From Takakia lepidozioides (taxonomy: Eukaryota; Plantae; Bryophyta), in the NCBI GenBank assembly GCA_030704615.1, contig CM060731.1, positions 60,264,001 through 60,328,000 of the forward strand: DNA of 64,000 nucleotides, read 5' to 3'. Both the position numbers and the translations under genes were made by a program. A model generated the notes under the pieces. The model was not told where the DNA came from and searched no databases. It saw only the letters and a program-made list of their open reading frames with translations. Of this stretch, positions 12,734-24,559 are shown one piece after another; position 1 is the first letter of the stretch, and each line of letters starts with the position of its first letter.

Positions 12734-13558
12734 CTACCACACCAGGCCATGATGAAGCTCTGCACTTTGAACACCAAAAAGAGGCAGATACAAGCCAACT
12801 TCCAACCAGGTTAATTCACGATGGTTCAGAAAACGCGACTTGATCGCCCTGGATGGTAGACGCTCTTCATTGCGTAGCTCAAATTCGCGCTTAGCAAGCT
12901 GTCTGGCCCTGGATATCACCGCACCAGGCTCAAGCAAAGGTCGTGTGAACAGGGCCTCGTGATGACTGGTTAGTGCATCAAGATCACCTACAACAGCCCT
13001 CTCTACACGCTCAAACCAAAGCTGATCTTCATCATATACTTCACACAACAGATCATCTATTTCCTGCGACAATTCAATGTCTCTCTCCAATTCTGCTGCT
13101 TGCTGCCTACTTTCAAAATATTCAGGGCCTGGATCCACAAAATTATCAAAGTTATAGTAGTCCGGGTCACAGCTATCTAGAGAGCTGTCAGACCTCTCAA
13201 ACCTTGGCGACCACGCCTCTACCTCCCTCATATTATCATAATCACTACCACCAGGAGAACCCAATGAGACAACAAGGGCTGGAACGCAAGCAGCAGGCTT
13301 GGGAAGAGGCGATGCTGGCAAGGCAACAATGCCAGGCCGCGCGCCGTCGGTAGTGTTAGTAATAGCAAGAGTGTCAGCAGGGTTAGAAACAACGGGATGA
13401 GCAACAATAACAACACCAACAGAATGAGAAGCAACAGGGTCAGTCTCCACACTAGGATCAGCCTCGATAGCAAGTGCCACGCTAATCCGAAGGAACAGGC
13501 TCTCCCCCTCTCTGCGAGCTACACAAGACAAATCACGAACTGTAGCCATCCCCTGCAA
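12734..13558 (-). CDS. Extra ORF upstream of gag (or gag N-terminal extension), unknown function
   Basis: 274-codon open frame between the PBS and gag with an acidic central region; no recognised domain. Confidence 0.4.
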   Translation of the reverse strand: MQGMATVRDLSCVARREGESLFLRISVALAIEADPSVETDPVASHSVGVVIVAHPVVSNPADTLAITNTTDGARPGIVALPASPLPKPAACVPALVVSLGSPGGSDYDNMREVEAWSPRFERSDSSLDSCDPDYYNFDNFVDPGPEYFESRQQAAELERDIELSQEIDDLLCEVYDEDQLWFERVERAVVGDLDALTSHHEALFTRPLLEPGAVISRARQLAKREFELRNEERLPSRAIKSRFLNHRELTWLEVGLYLPLFGVQSAELHHGLVW

Positions 13559-13754
13559 TCACACCCCCAACGCACATCGTGAGATGGCAAAATCACAGCA
13601 GCAGGAGAAAACAGGCAGGAGAAAACAGGGCAAAGCGAGGAGCCGCCATCGATAACACGCATTAGCGAACCACTTAGGCAGCAGGACATAGAGCAAATCC
13701 CGCGAAGGATGTAACTGATCCTGACAGTGCGGGCAGGATCCACCACGCCTAGAG

Positions 13755-13772
13755 TACCCGGCGTCTCCACCA
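13755..13772 (-). promoter_or_regulatory. Primer binding site, complementary to the tRNA-Ala 3' end
   Basis: Minus strand TGGTGGAGACGCCGGGTA immediately after the 5' LTR; tRNA-Ala ends ...UCUCCACCA. Confidence 0.8.
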
Positions 13773-14248
13773 TAAAACAAGCCTGAAGCATATACTCCTT
13801 TCCTCTCAAGAAGCGAAGTTGCAAAACAAAGGGGCGAGCGGAAAGAGCAAGGAGCGGAAAGAGCAAGCAGCGCGCGAGAGGAGGATCAAACACACGAATC
13901 AGACACTAAGCAGCTCTCATCCAAAAACTTGTACACCCAAATCACATATATCGCAACACCCGAGTACACCGCCCCGACCTTGTGTCAGGGCACCGTTTTT
14001 ATACAAAAGCCCTAACCTTAGTGGCCCGCCGCGTGGCGAGGCATTATAGGCCCAAGCCCATGGTGCTGCCTTGCAGCCCTGGAACTAACGAAGGGCCAGG
14101 ATCAAGCCACCAGCCTAAACTAACCCTAACCTAAACATCATTGTAACGGATTAACGGCTTTATAGGCCAAAAAAATATACGATGAATGTGTATCGCCGTT
14201 TTGGATGAAACGGGTAAATCTGTGATGAGGAAAGTTTGGGGCATCTCA
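13773..14248 (-). repeat. 5' LTR of the Gypsy element
   Basis: Direct repeat of 635-1094. On the minus strand it starts TGAGATGCCCC and ends ...CTTGTTTTA, directly abutting the PBS. Confidence 0.95.
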
Positions 14249-15132
14249 GGGTCCAGAACCCGTTAAACCCGCTACCCGCGGGGCCAATGTAGCGGGTCAG
14301 TGTCCGGGTCTTAATTTTAGATGGGGCATGCGGGGTCCACCTTAGATTTGGTAGGTTTTGTTGTGAGGGGTCGAGCAGCAACTGTAGCCCAATGGCCACA
14401 TACCACCTCAAAAGCGATTGTGGGTTCAATCCACAGGACAAATCTGGCTCCTAATATTTGACCATTGGCGCTTTCTGGCGATTTTTTTAATTTTTACTCT
14501 CATAATTCCTTAGTAAAAGTAGCTCACCCATTTTCCAGGTCGAAATCTGGCGATTTTTCGCCAGATTAAAAAAACACTGGCCCTATGGGACCATAATTTA
14601 CACCTCCCAAAGGAGGCGTCATATATTATTATTAGGCCAGATCCCAGACATCCATGCTATAGTGATCTATGAGCCTTGAGGCATATTACTATTCTTAACA
14701 TGTTTTAAAGAATTGATATTGGAAAATGGAACTCAAACTTCTATTTTAATTCTTGTGTTAAACAAGAAATACATATTCATGGTATATTTTGAAGGAATGT
14801 CTCTTAAAATTAAATTCATTATTAAGATTTAAAAAAAATTCCAGCCAAAAATAATTTTATCCCTAATTAATTTTATTTTTCTAATTTATTTAATCAATTA
14901 ATTAGGACCCGGATCCGAACCCGTGAACCCGCTAATATTTTCCAACAACTACCCGGACCCTAACCCGAGTCCGTGTTGACAAACCCGTGTTGACAAACCC
15001 GGACCCGACCCTACCCTGAACCCGGATTTTCCAAATTTCAAAAACCCGGATCCGGACCCGGACTTGGCTCCAAAAAAAACCCCGAACCCGGACCCCGCGG
15101 GTTGCTTAAAAAGGTAGGACCCGCACAACATG

Positions 15133-15360
15133 GAATGTACTCATAAGTCGTTGTTTGCAATAGCCTTGTGGCCATTGACCCCACGCCCAGTTTGAGCGGA
15201 ACAGAAGGGAACATACTACCATTGTGAGAGGCTCACTCCGGTAGTGTGACTTACCAAATTAGTTCCAGTTATCCAGATATCCTCTAGAAAGCCCTTCACA
15301 CAAGCATCAACTTGCTGTGTGTGAGCTGCCCAGCAGTTAAGCCCCAACAGGGCCAGGGCT
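15133..15360 (-). mobile_element. 3' fragment of a LINE (same family as 33125-34610); its (TC)n tail lies at ~464-480 on the other side of the hAT/Gypsy insertion
   Basis: Reverse complement matches 34375-34610 (GGTCAATGGCCACAAGGCTA...TTATGAGTACA). Confidence 0.85.
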
Positions 15361-16199
15361 GAGAGGGAGGGGAGGGTGCACATTGCCAATTAGCCATCGA
15401 CATCAGCTGCTACATGTAAACCCCATCGGCATTTCTTTGCAGGATAATAAGCCTTCAAAGGCATCGCCAGGCAAGAAACTGAGTCTGAAATTGCTACTGA
15501 GGGGAAGCTGCAATCATTATCATGGAATTGTGGCCATGGCTCTCTGCCCGGTTTTTAGAGAAGCGAAGAGGAGTAAGGGGGCCGGCGTGTTAGAGGAGTA
15601 GAACGGCCCACAAGCATCATGCACTCTCAAGAAAGGACTTGCCTGAAAATAGCCACAGCATGCAACATTAGTAGAACTAGGTGTTTGGTACAACTCTTTC
15701 AGAACCAGGGTTTAGGGTCGCAAGGTATGTAAGTCTGTCAATCTGTAGCAGTACTTTGTGTAGAGTATGTGATAGTAAATTGGAATCATCCGCATTACCT
15801 GCTTTACGACCCAACCACCGGCACCATACCCTTCTTTGCTTCTTCACAAACAACACTCCAGCATAAGTTGAGAGGTGCTTGGTGTAGTCCTTCACCAAAC
15901 ACACAAGTTCATTGCATCCCTGACGGCTTAATAGATCTGATTTATCTTCTGTATTTCCATTTGCTTTCATATTGCCTGCGCACTGAATCTCACCATAGCC
16001 CACCACACACACGAGTCTCGAGACCGCCAGTCTTAGAGAGACGACACGACCGCGGGTGCTCTACGGTTGAGACCACTTTGGTCTGTGGAGCTACTCTCTA
16101 CAAACCGCGGAGCTACAACATCCACGAGGATGCTTCAGATGAATGGGGACGGAAGAGACTCCTGATATTTCATCCGTTAACTTTTCATCAACAAATTTG

Positions 16200-16400
16200 A
16201 AACAAACCTCAAACAGCAATTGGCTCTCTTGCTTTGCTTTGGCACAACATAAGGGAAGGTAAGAGTAGGGAGCATGACTCAGCACAACACACCAATCAGC
16301 GCCTTGACACGGTGTAAGGTCCTTTGACCACATTTTCTCCATTGACTTGCATGTCTCTACAAAGTCTCCCTCTACAAGAGAGCCAACAAATCATATATTA
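16200..16400 (-). repeat. Dispersed repeat, inverted copy of the unit at 32150-32480
   Basis: Shares GTCAATGGAGAAAATGTGGTCAAAGGACCTTACACCGTGTCAAGGC...GCTGAGTCATGCTCCCT. Confidence 0.8.
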
Positions 16401-16442
16401 GAATTCAATCTCCCAGAACTAATAGAGAGAATCTCCAATTCA

Positions 16443-16685
16443 ATGGGCATACCAGATCAGTTGGATAGTGCACTCAGTGCCACCAGATGATCCTGGGGTC
16501 AAATCCTGCTACCTGGACGGGTGGGGTATGATCTTCTCCCCCTTCCCTTGGGCGGTGTCCATGCGAAGGCCTTCGCGGCGAGGTTACTTTGGAAGAGCTT
16601 ATTTTCTCCTCTCACTATAGTTAAGGGGCCTGATTTGTGAGCTGTCGCTCCCAGGTGTTTCCCTCAATAATGTATATTTTTTTAA
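16443..16685 (+). mobile_element. Probable tRNA-derived SINE
   Basis: B-box-like GGGGTCAAATCC. The 5' body is shared with 32895-32975. The 3' end (AAGGGGCCTGA...GTCGCTCCCA) resembles 24720-24760; A/T-rich tail. Confidence 0.55.
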
Positions 16686-17786
16686 ACATTGGCATTATAT
16701 TGCCACTTAAGAACTGAGAAAGTTGACTGAAAAGGCGGAGATGGGCTCCGCAAGGGAGCTCCACGTTTCACGGTGTCGACGCTTGCGGGACTTAACTTCT
16801 TCTCTCACCATGTCTGGGAAAGATCAGTCCAATATGCCACACAAAACTTCGATGGAGCAAAAAGAAAGGCAGACACGGAGTTCAAGGCACCTGATTTCCT
16901 ACACGGCTTGGTAGACTCCAAAAGTAGACCTGCAAAAGCCAGAGATAATTCATTTTGTACGGAACAGAGGTCTTACACTATCAACACATCAGTTGAAACA
17001 ATGGTGGAATAACAAAAATCTTGTTGAAAAATGACCCTTAAAATTATGGATATTTTCTTGTTGTCAGTCACACTGGCAATATCATGTCAAAGTCACTCCA
17101 AACTATGAAAGGTTCACTCAACCAGCTAACTTGCAGAATTCTGAATTGTATCTGCTTCTCTCTATAGTCCAAGAGGCATTCACCTTTTTGTCTCCATTGT
17201 CCCACCATTGACTGCCCGTCGGAAAAGTGTTCATTCCAAAGCTTCTCCTCATCTCAGTTATTGGATATTTTCCTGCTACCACATCGGCAGTAACATCAAA
17301 GTCACTCCAAACCACCACAGATCCACCCTTCGAGCTAACTTACAGACTTCAATATGCAAATTCAGGGCTGAGTCTGATGAGAGGGCAAAATAGGCTGAAA
17401 TAGGTCGAAGAAGAAGGTGCCCTCACCACATTGTCCTCGACCTTGTGTCATGACCCATGGAGGATTTGACTGGCCATGAACGCAAGAGGACCTCTTGTGT
17501 GTGCTGCTTGTGTTTGTAGTCAGGTAATGTCGGATTGGTCAGTGAGAACCACCACGGTGCAGCTGATCGGGCAGAGACCAAACTGACTCTCCCAAGAACC
17601 TTTGTAAACATCTTGCCAAGTTGCCTCAGCAGCCAGAAGAAATTATTAACCACCTGGACTCACATCAACTGTTAAGGTCATACATATGTACCAATCCCCA
17701 TACTCTACTGACTGTTGCATCAAGACACATACAAAAAAGACATGACAGTCTCAGGCTCTCTACTTGCTATATAACATTAGTGATAA

Positions 17787-20700
17787 TGTTGGAAGTAATT
17801 AAACATATCTACAACCAGACATACTGACAAGTCACAGTTAACAATAGAGATAAGCCTCGGTTAGCTAAAAGATAGCTAAAGTTAGCTTCAGTTATTAGTG
17901 ACTCAAGTCATTGTACCAGAATAGCAGGTGGAGATATCTTAAATAAAAGCATGGAGTTATGCTATAGTTATCTCAGCTATTTCTGGATTAGACTTTGAGT
18001 ATAAATAGGGAGAGCTCGGAGCTTGTTGTGGTCCTATGGTTGGGTGGAGAGTTCTCAGTAATCAGTTCATCTTTTATCTTTATTCTTTGTCGAATTCCAA
18101 CATGGTATCAGAGCCATTCTTCTCTAGGTGAGAGTTGGTAGTTGAGATTGAGAGAACTTGATTATGGCTGGAGCGTCGTCTTCTAACAATCCTCCTTCTA
18201 TGTCTATGACGAGTGCATTAGATGTGAGAGTGGAAGATCGATTCAATGGAGCTAACTATCAAACCTGGAAGTTTAGGATGGAGATGGTCCTTCTAGACAA
18301 AGATCTATGGGGAGTGGTTGATGGATCAGTCCCAAGACCTGACACTATTGTTGGCCAAGCCATATGGGATAGGAAAGATTAGAAAGCAAGAGCTAGCATC
18401 ATCACAAGTTTGAGAGACAAACAGTTGCATCTCATTATAAGTGCTAAGAATGCTAAGGATGTTTGGGACAAGCTAGCAAGCATATATGAGACGAAGGATG
18501 TCACATCGCAAGTGTATGCAACGCAAAAGTTCTATGGTCTGAAGATGACCGAGTCAGACTCAGTTGAACAACACTTGAATTTGTTTTGTGTGTTGCGAGA
18601 TCAACTGGTCTCTGTGGGAACTAATGTGACTGATGAACACGCCGCAGTGGTGTTATTGGCAACCTTACCTGAATCCTATGATGGTTTTGTGGTGTCTCTA
18701 GCAGGACAAACCAACTTAACTATTGATGTTGTCATAGGACTTTTCCTCAACGAGGAAACAAAAAGAAAATGTCAAGGTACGTCTACAGAGGTAGACAGAG
18801 CTTTATTCACAGGCAAGACTGGAGTAGTCTTGAATAGAAGACTCCCTTCATATATGTCTCAGAAGTCCCAGAGGTTTCAGAAACCTCAATCTAGCTCAAA
18901 GATCAAAAAGGCCAAAGTGAGGTGCTTTTATTGCAATAAACTTGGTCACATGATCAAGGATTGTAGAAAGCGCATTGCTGATGAGCGCAGCAGAGAGAGT
19001 CAAGGGAACATAGCTACTCATCAGAGGAATGCTATTCTATTTGTTGTGTCTCTCTCAGCCACTACTAGACAGAAGCATGTGTGGTATGTTGATTCAGGAG
19101 CATCTCAACATATGAGTTCAGAGAGAGAGCATTTCTTATCCTATAGATCTCTTTCACCTACACAATATGTTCTTTTGGGAGATGATAGCAAGCATGTCAT
19201 TGGTGGGGAAGGCTCAGTCTCTCTTATGCTCAATGAAGGGGAAACCATAGAGGTGGAAAATGTCCTACATGTCCCTACTTTAACAAAGAACCTGTTGTCT
19301 GTAAGGCAAATTGTTGCAAAGGGATACAGAGTGGTATTCCAAGATAAGAGTTGTACTATCACAGATAGCTCAGGAGCTGTGGTAGCAAGAGCTATTCTTG
19401 ATAATTGTTTGTATAGATTACAACATCATGTCTCTAGTGCTCTTACCACATTTTCACCACAGTTGGGATCTACACCTGTCATGTCAGAAACAGAGTTGTG
19501 GCATAGAAGGTTAGGTCATGTGAGCATTAAGAAGTTGAGACAGATGCAACTCTCAAGCCATCTTGTGGAAGGACTACCATTGAAGGAGATGAGCGATATG
19601 CGTCTATGCAAAGGTTGCTTTGAAGGGAAGCAACATCGAGGTCAATTTTCTAAGGATGGTGGACGAAGAGCCACAAGTATATTGGAGATTGTACATTCTG
19701 ATGTGTGCGGGCCAATGCAAACCACATCACTTGGAGGAGCCAGGTACTTTGTGACATTCATTGATGATTTGTCAAGGAGGGTTGTGGTGAATTTCCTAAG
19801 GCAGAAAAGTCAAGTGCTAGAGAAATTCAAGGAGTTCAAAGTACTTGCAGAAAAACAAACTGGAAAGCCTTTTAAGATTTTGAGATCTGACAATGGTGGT
19901 GAGTACATCTCAAAGGCTTTCAATCAGTTTTGTAAAGAGAATGGAATAGCTCGACAGTTTACTGTTCCATATACACCTGAGCAGAATGGTGTAGCTGAAC
20001 GGATGAATATATCACTACAAGAATCTGCAAGGAGTATGTTGAAAGAAGTGAATATTTCAAATCATTTTTGGGCAGAAGCTGTTGGCACTGCAGCATATCT
20101 TCACAACAGAATACCTACCAAATCAGTGTTGGGAAAAACACCAGAAGAGGTATGGAGTGGTCAAAAGCCTAGTGTGGCTCATTGTAGAATTTTTGGATGT
20201 CGTGCATATGTCCATATCCCTACTCAGAAGCGAAGGAAACTTGACTCAAATCAGAAGGATGCATCTTCATTGGCTACACAGAAGGTGTGAAGGAATATAA
20301 GTTGTTCAATAAGACAATTAAGGCTATCAAACACAGTAGGGACGTAGTGTTTGTTGAAAGCTTCATACCCTCTTTGGTAGTGGGAGAAGATGACATGGGA
20401 ATGAGCTTAGAGCCATTACACCATTTCCAAGAAGAGTCTTATGAGGAGCAAATGATGGAGGTGTTCAACTTGATGGAGTTGATCAAGGAGTCGAAGTTGG
20501 TGAACCACTTGTTGATATGGACTCTAGAGATGAAGTTGAAGATGTGCCAATTCTAAGGAGATCTCAGCGGGAAAGAAAAGCTCCTAGTAGGTTGATTATA
20601 TCTATGAGTGCCATTGAAGCTATGGAAGAAGCATCACAAGTAGTTGAGCCTGCTACATATGAGGAAGCGATGCGCTCTCCAGACAACCTACAATGGGAAG

Positions 20701-21397
20701 AAGCAATCAACTCAGAGTTGGATTCATTGATGCAAAACAAAGCATTGACACTCACTAGGTTGCCTACAGGACGAAGAGCCATTGGTTGCAAGTGGATCTT
20801 CAAGTTGAAGTACAAAGCTGATGGATCTATTTACCGGTACAAAGCTCGTCTTGTAGCTAAAGGCTATGCACAAATTAAAGGAGTGGATTACAATGAAACC
20901 TTCTCACCAGTGGTGAAGATTTCTTCTATCAGAGTGTTGTTAGCATGGTTGCGGATGTTTTGACGAAGAGTCTACCACAAACAAAACACATGAAGTGTTC
21001 AACCTTACTTGGTGTCTCTTCTCCAAAGACAAACGAAGTAACTCAATGATATGGTTTAATTGAGTGGGAGTGTTGGAAGTAATTAAACATATCTACAACC
21101 AGACATATTGACAAGTCACAGTTAACAATAGAGATAAGCCTCGGTTAGCTAAAAGATAGCTAAAGTTAGCTTCAGTTATTAGTGACTTAAGTCATTGTAC
21201 CAGAATAACAGGTGGAGATATCTTAAGTAAAAGCATGGAGTTATGCTATAGTTATCTCAGCTATTTCTGGATTAGACTTTGAGTATAAATAGGGAGAGCT
21301 CGGAGGGTGGACACAGCTTGTTGTGGTCCTATGGTTGGGGGGAGAGTTCTCAGTAATCAGTTCATCTTTTATCTTTATTCTTTGTCGAATTCCAACA
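17787..21397 (+). mobile_element. Ty1/Copia LTR retrotransposon with internal deletion of most of RT and RNase H
   Basis: LTRs 17787-18102 and 21071-21397 (TG...CA; about 5 substitutions and an 11-bp indel). 5-bp TSD GATAA, tRNA-iMet PBS TGGTATCAGAGCC (18103-18115), PPT TTGAGTGGGAG. Confidence 0.97.
18158..20963 (+). pseudogene. Copia gag-pol (gag, Zn knuckle, PR, GAG-pre-IN, IN, RT N-terminus)
   Basis: CFYCNKLGHMIKDC, WYVDSGASQHM, WHRRLGH, VHSDVCGP, RSDNGGEY, QNGVAER, YKARLVAKGY. Stop at 18380, frameshifts, truncated at ~20950. Confidence 0.95.
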
Positions 21398-21638
21398 GAT
21401 AAGATACTCGCACCTATCCCTGTGTCTTGCAACTGTGGGAGAGGGGAGTGTGCCCTGTCGACTTTGCAATTATACTTCAAATTAACACCTGTAGGAAGCT
21501 TGAGCAATAGTGTCTGTTATCTCTAAGGGATACCCGGAACTGTAATTCTAGGATAAGAATCTTCATTGTGTTAGGAATTAGACAGCTTACCTACTTCTGG
21601 TAGCAAATCATCAAAGCAGCCAAGAATAAGAAGTCTAC

Positions 21639-21967
21639 CTGGTCAGACACAGTCTCAGGAACTACTGGCAGCTCTGTGCAATATGGGGGTGCGCAAGCTT
21701 TTGTAGGAAGGAAATGATCTGCATGGCACCCAGTGCACTTTCAGCGTTTCTTTCTACAAAGTATAATGAGGACAAACAAAACCCCAACATTGCTTACAAA
21801 ACTTGAGCATGACAAATGCATGCCTAGCAGTAACCCAACAGTACTCATCATGAAATGGTGCACAACCAACAGAACCTGGTCAGACGAAATGCCACTTGCA
21901 AAGGCTGCGTTGACACTTTCCTTCGTGAGATGTGCAACCACCCAAGTTTGGTAGCTGGTACTCAAGC
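21639..21967 (-). pseudogene. TFB2: Captured two-exon fragment of TFIIH subunit p52/TFB2
   Basis: Exon 21876-21967 reads LEYQLPNL-VAHLTKESVNAAFASGISSDQ. A GT-AG intron follows, then exon 21639-21718 reads IISFLQKLAHPHIAQ-LPVVPETVSDQ. Both contain frameshifts. Confidence 0.85.
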
Positions 21968-22869
21968 CTGCAAACACAACCTTACCCCACTAAGATCCAC
22001 CTAGCATTTGGAGGTTGCTCTTTTCAGGATGTTGGAGCTGTGTCAACTTTGATGCACCCTACAGCTCGTCAAGCTCACTAAGGGAGGGCCTCTGGAAAAT
22101 CTTGACTCTTGAAACTCAGCCCATCAATACACCATTGCCTCCAACAGCAAAGTGTAAAGTGATGCCTAAGAGAGAATTAAACACTTACTTTCAAAAGCTT
22201 CTTTATTCACTACAAGGCATGACGTGTTTCTTCTTTAAGAAATTCCGTAGAGAGAATTGGCATCAGGGAAGGTCCAATATAAGGTTTAATGAAAACCAAC
22301 AGCCCAAAAACTTCCCCATGTTTCCTAGACAAACTTCTTCACATTGTGCATTAAGAAAAAGCCACACCTTGCGATTGCGGTTGTCCCACCATCGTAAAGG
22401 ATCTTTAAAAAACTCATGCCAACTCTGCTCCGTGTTGCAAATTCAGGGCCGAGTCTGATGAGAGGGCAAAACAGGCTGAAATAGGTCGAAGAAGAAGGTG
22501 CCCTCACCACATTGTCCTCGACCTTGTGTCATGACCCATGGAGGATTTGACTGACCATGAACGCAAGAGGACCTCTTGTGTGTGCTGCTTGTGTTTGTAG
22601 TCAGGTAATGTCGGATTGGTCAGTGAGAACCACCACGGTGCAGCTGATCGGGCAGAGATTGAAACACGGCATGCTAAGACCAAGCTGATTATCCCAAGAA
22701 CGGCGAGCTCCCAGCCGAAACTCTCCAACTGCAGGTCTGCCATGCATGTTTGCCCTCCCTCCCGCTCGCTCGTTCTAAGTCTGTTCACGGCTACCGTGAT
22801 GGGCAACTTTTTAAGTTTTTATACCTTTTTGCAAACCCTATATGCAACTTTTTGAATTTTTTTTAAATT

Positions 22870-23070
22870 TTTTTTAAAAAGGAAACCTCATGCCCTTGAG
22901 GAGGGGGGAAAATTAACCCCCTTTCAATTATGGGCCATGAGACCTACAGGATGGTCAACGCCCAGACATACCGTCTCGAACAATCCCAAACACGAGGTAG
23001 GGCAGTGGGTTTGAATTTTTGAACCCCAAACCAGCAGGCGACACACTGTGCACTTACTAGCCGATGTGCT
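22870..23070 (-). mobile_element. SINE copy (family of 24560-24770)
   Basis: Reverse complement shares TCGGCT.GTA, TTTGGGGTTCAAAA and CATGGCCCATAA.TGAAAG with 24560-24770. Confidence 0.6.
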
Positions 23071-24229
23071 TTTTATATATCTTTTGCACTTTGATTCTTT
23101 AAAAAAAATTCATTCTATTGTTCAGAGTCTCAAAATATAAATATTCATATATTGTATATATAACCAGAAAAGCATGTGTCAACACGTGCACTCATGTAGT
23201 GATTCATCCATGTGATGATCTGGCAGAATGCATTAGAGTGAGAGTCATGAAGTCATATTTTCGTCTTAGTTATGCCGGCTTTGGCCGGAGTCTTCTCTCT
23301 CTCCGTCTAGCAATATGCACACATCATTCCAGTGTAGCCATGATTGTGACTAGTAGTCATATCCGCCATGCCAATATTCGTGGTCAAACATGTTTGACTT
23401 ATGTTGAGCACAGTCTGAGTCATGCAGTCGCATACGCCCTCCCCAGATTTGCGTTATGACTTCAAAAGCATTTACGACTGCAAATGGCATTTCTGCCACA
23501 AATCGGCCATGACTGCGCACCCATGGGAGTCATAAAAGCCGCAATCTGTTGTAGTGACAGCAAACATCTCATGAGTAATTAAGCCTTGTAAATCCATTGA
23601 TTACTTGATGTAAAATTGTACCTCATGCCTGCGCTAATGACTGTAACAGATCCCAGAGAAGGCTCTGCATCCCAACATGCTAATGCCATGTCAGCATTAC
23701 CCAAACTGGATTGTAAAGCAAAGACTTGGATGGCCCCCTACTACAAGCAAGCAACAGAAAAAAGACCTTGCAAACTGCAGTTGCATGAATGGACTATTTT
23801 CAGATTACTCATATGCATACAGTTGTCTTCCAACTTCTTCAAGAACTTCCACAAACAGAGTTAGACCTGATAATTGGCATGAGACTGAGGGAAAACATTT
23901 GCTGGATCAAATGGGCCCCAAAATTTGTATCTTTCAGTTTGACTTGTTCCTTATCTCCCAATCCAAAAGATGGTGCCACCAGAATACTAGGATTAAGGTG
24001 ATGTTGCTCGCATAGGAAAAGGTACAGTTTCAGAGTTGGCTGTAGCTTTTTGGGAACAGCTATCCAGACTGACAGGAGCCTGTGGATGCTAGGTCTCACA
24101 CACAGTTGCGAGTATGTTTGTGCCCCAATGATAATCTGGTGCTACATTAAGGTCTACCATTGACATCACGCTACCAAGGTTTTCCATATAAAAATTCTGC
24201 CAAGTAGTAGGAAACAACTGAATCAAAGA

Positions 24230-24367
24230 CAACCATGACCCCCTGACATCTCCCATGTAGGTCTCATGGCCCATAAATGAAAGGGGGTTAAATTTTCCCC
24301 TCCTCATGGGCCTGAATTCTAGGTTGTCGCTCTCAGGTTTCTTTTGAGGAAAAACAAACAAAAAAAA
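24230..24367 (+). mobile_element. 5'-truncated SINE copy
   Basis: GTAGGTCTCATGGCCCATAAATGAAAGGGGGTTAAATTTTCCCC followed by an A-rich tail; matches 22870-22950 (inverted). Confidence 0.55.
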
Positions 24368-24559
24368 TGAATTCTGAATTTATCACTGCCCAATCTGTGT
24401 GTTCATATTATGTTATACTTTTACATTGTTCTTAATGTTTTTGCATAGTATATATTTCCAGTCAAACAAATCATTGTTCTCAGAAGAAGTCGTCGCTAGC
24501 AGTGCGGAGCAACGCGAAGCCCTAGTATTTAAAAACTAGATTGAGACAAGAAAATACAA

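Larger units (their letters stand above)
625..14248 (-). mobile_element. Ty3/Gypsy LTR retrotransposon, decayed (eORF-gag-PR-dUTPase-RT-RH-IN), interrupted by a CACTA element
   Basis: Two LTR copies, TG...CA outer termini, 4-bp TSD GGGT (621-624 / 14249-14252), PBS and PPT. Domain order PR-RT-RH-IN on the minus strand. Confidence 0.95.
488..15132. mobile_element. Non-autonomous hAT-like DNA transposon (~1 kb without the nested Gypsy), split by the Gypsy insertion
   Basis: TIR TAGTGTTGTGCGGGTCC (488-504) vs GGACCCGCACAACA(TG) (15117-15132). Dense ACCCG/CGGGT subterminal repeats at 497-624, 14253-14340 and 14905-15120. Imperfect 8-bp TSD (TATTGTAC 480-487 / GAATGTAC 15133-15140). Confidence 0.7.
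17040..23556. mobile_element. Second Pack-CACTA of the same family; right end only, left TIR not found
   Basis: Right TIR ATCTGTTGTAGTG (23544-23556) and GTCAT/ATGAC subterminal repeats at 23190-23535. Internal modules are shared with 2112-7941 (e.g. 7110-7345 ~ 17362-17575 ~ 22441-22700). The left boundary is uncertain. Confidence 0.7.

Noticed and set aside
15383-16200. Short ORFs and exon-like pieces right of the LINE fragment
   Set aside because: No recognisable protein; possibly Pack-CACTA cargo but not identifiable by eye.
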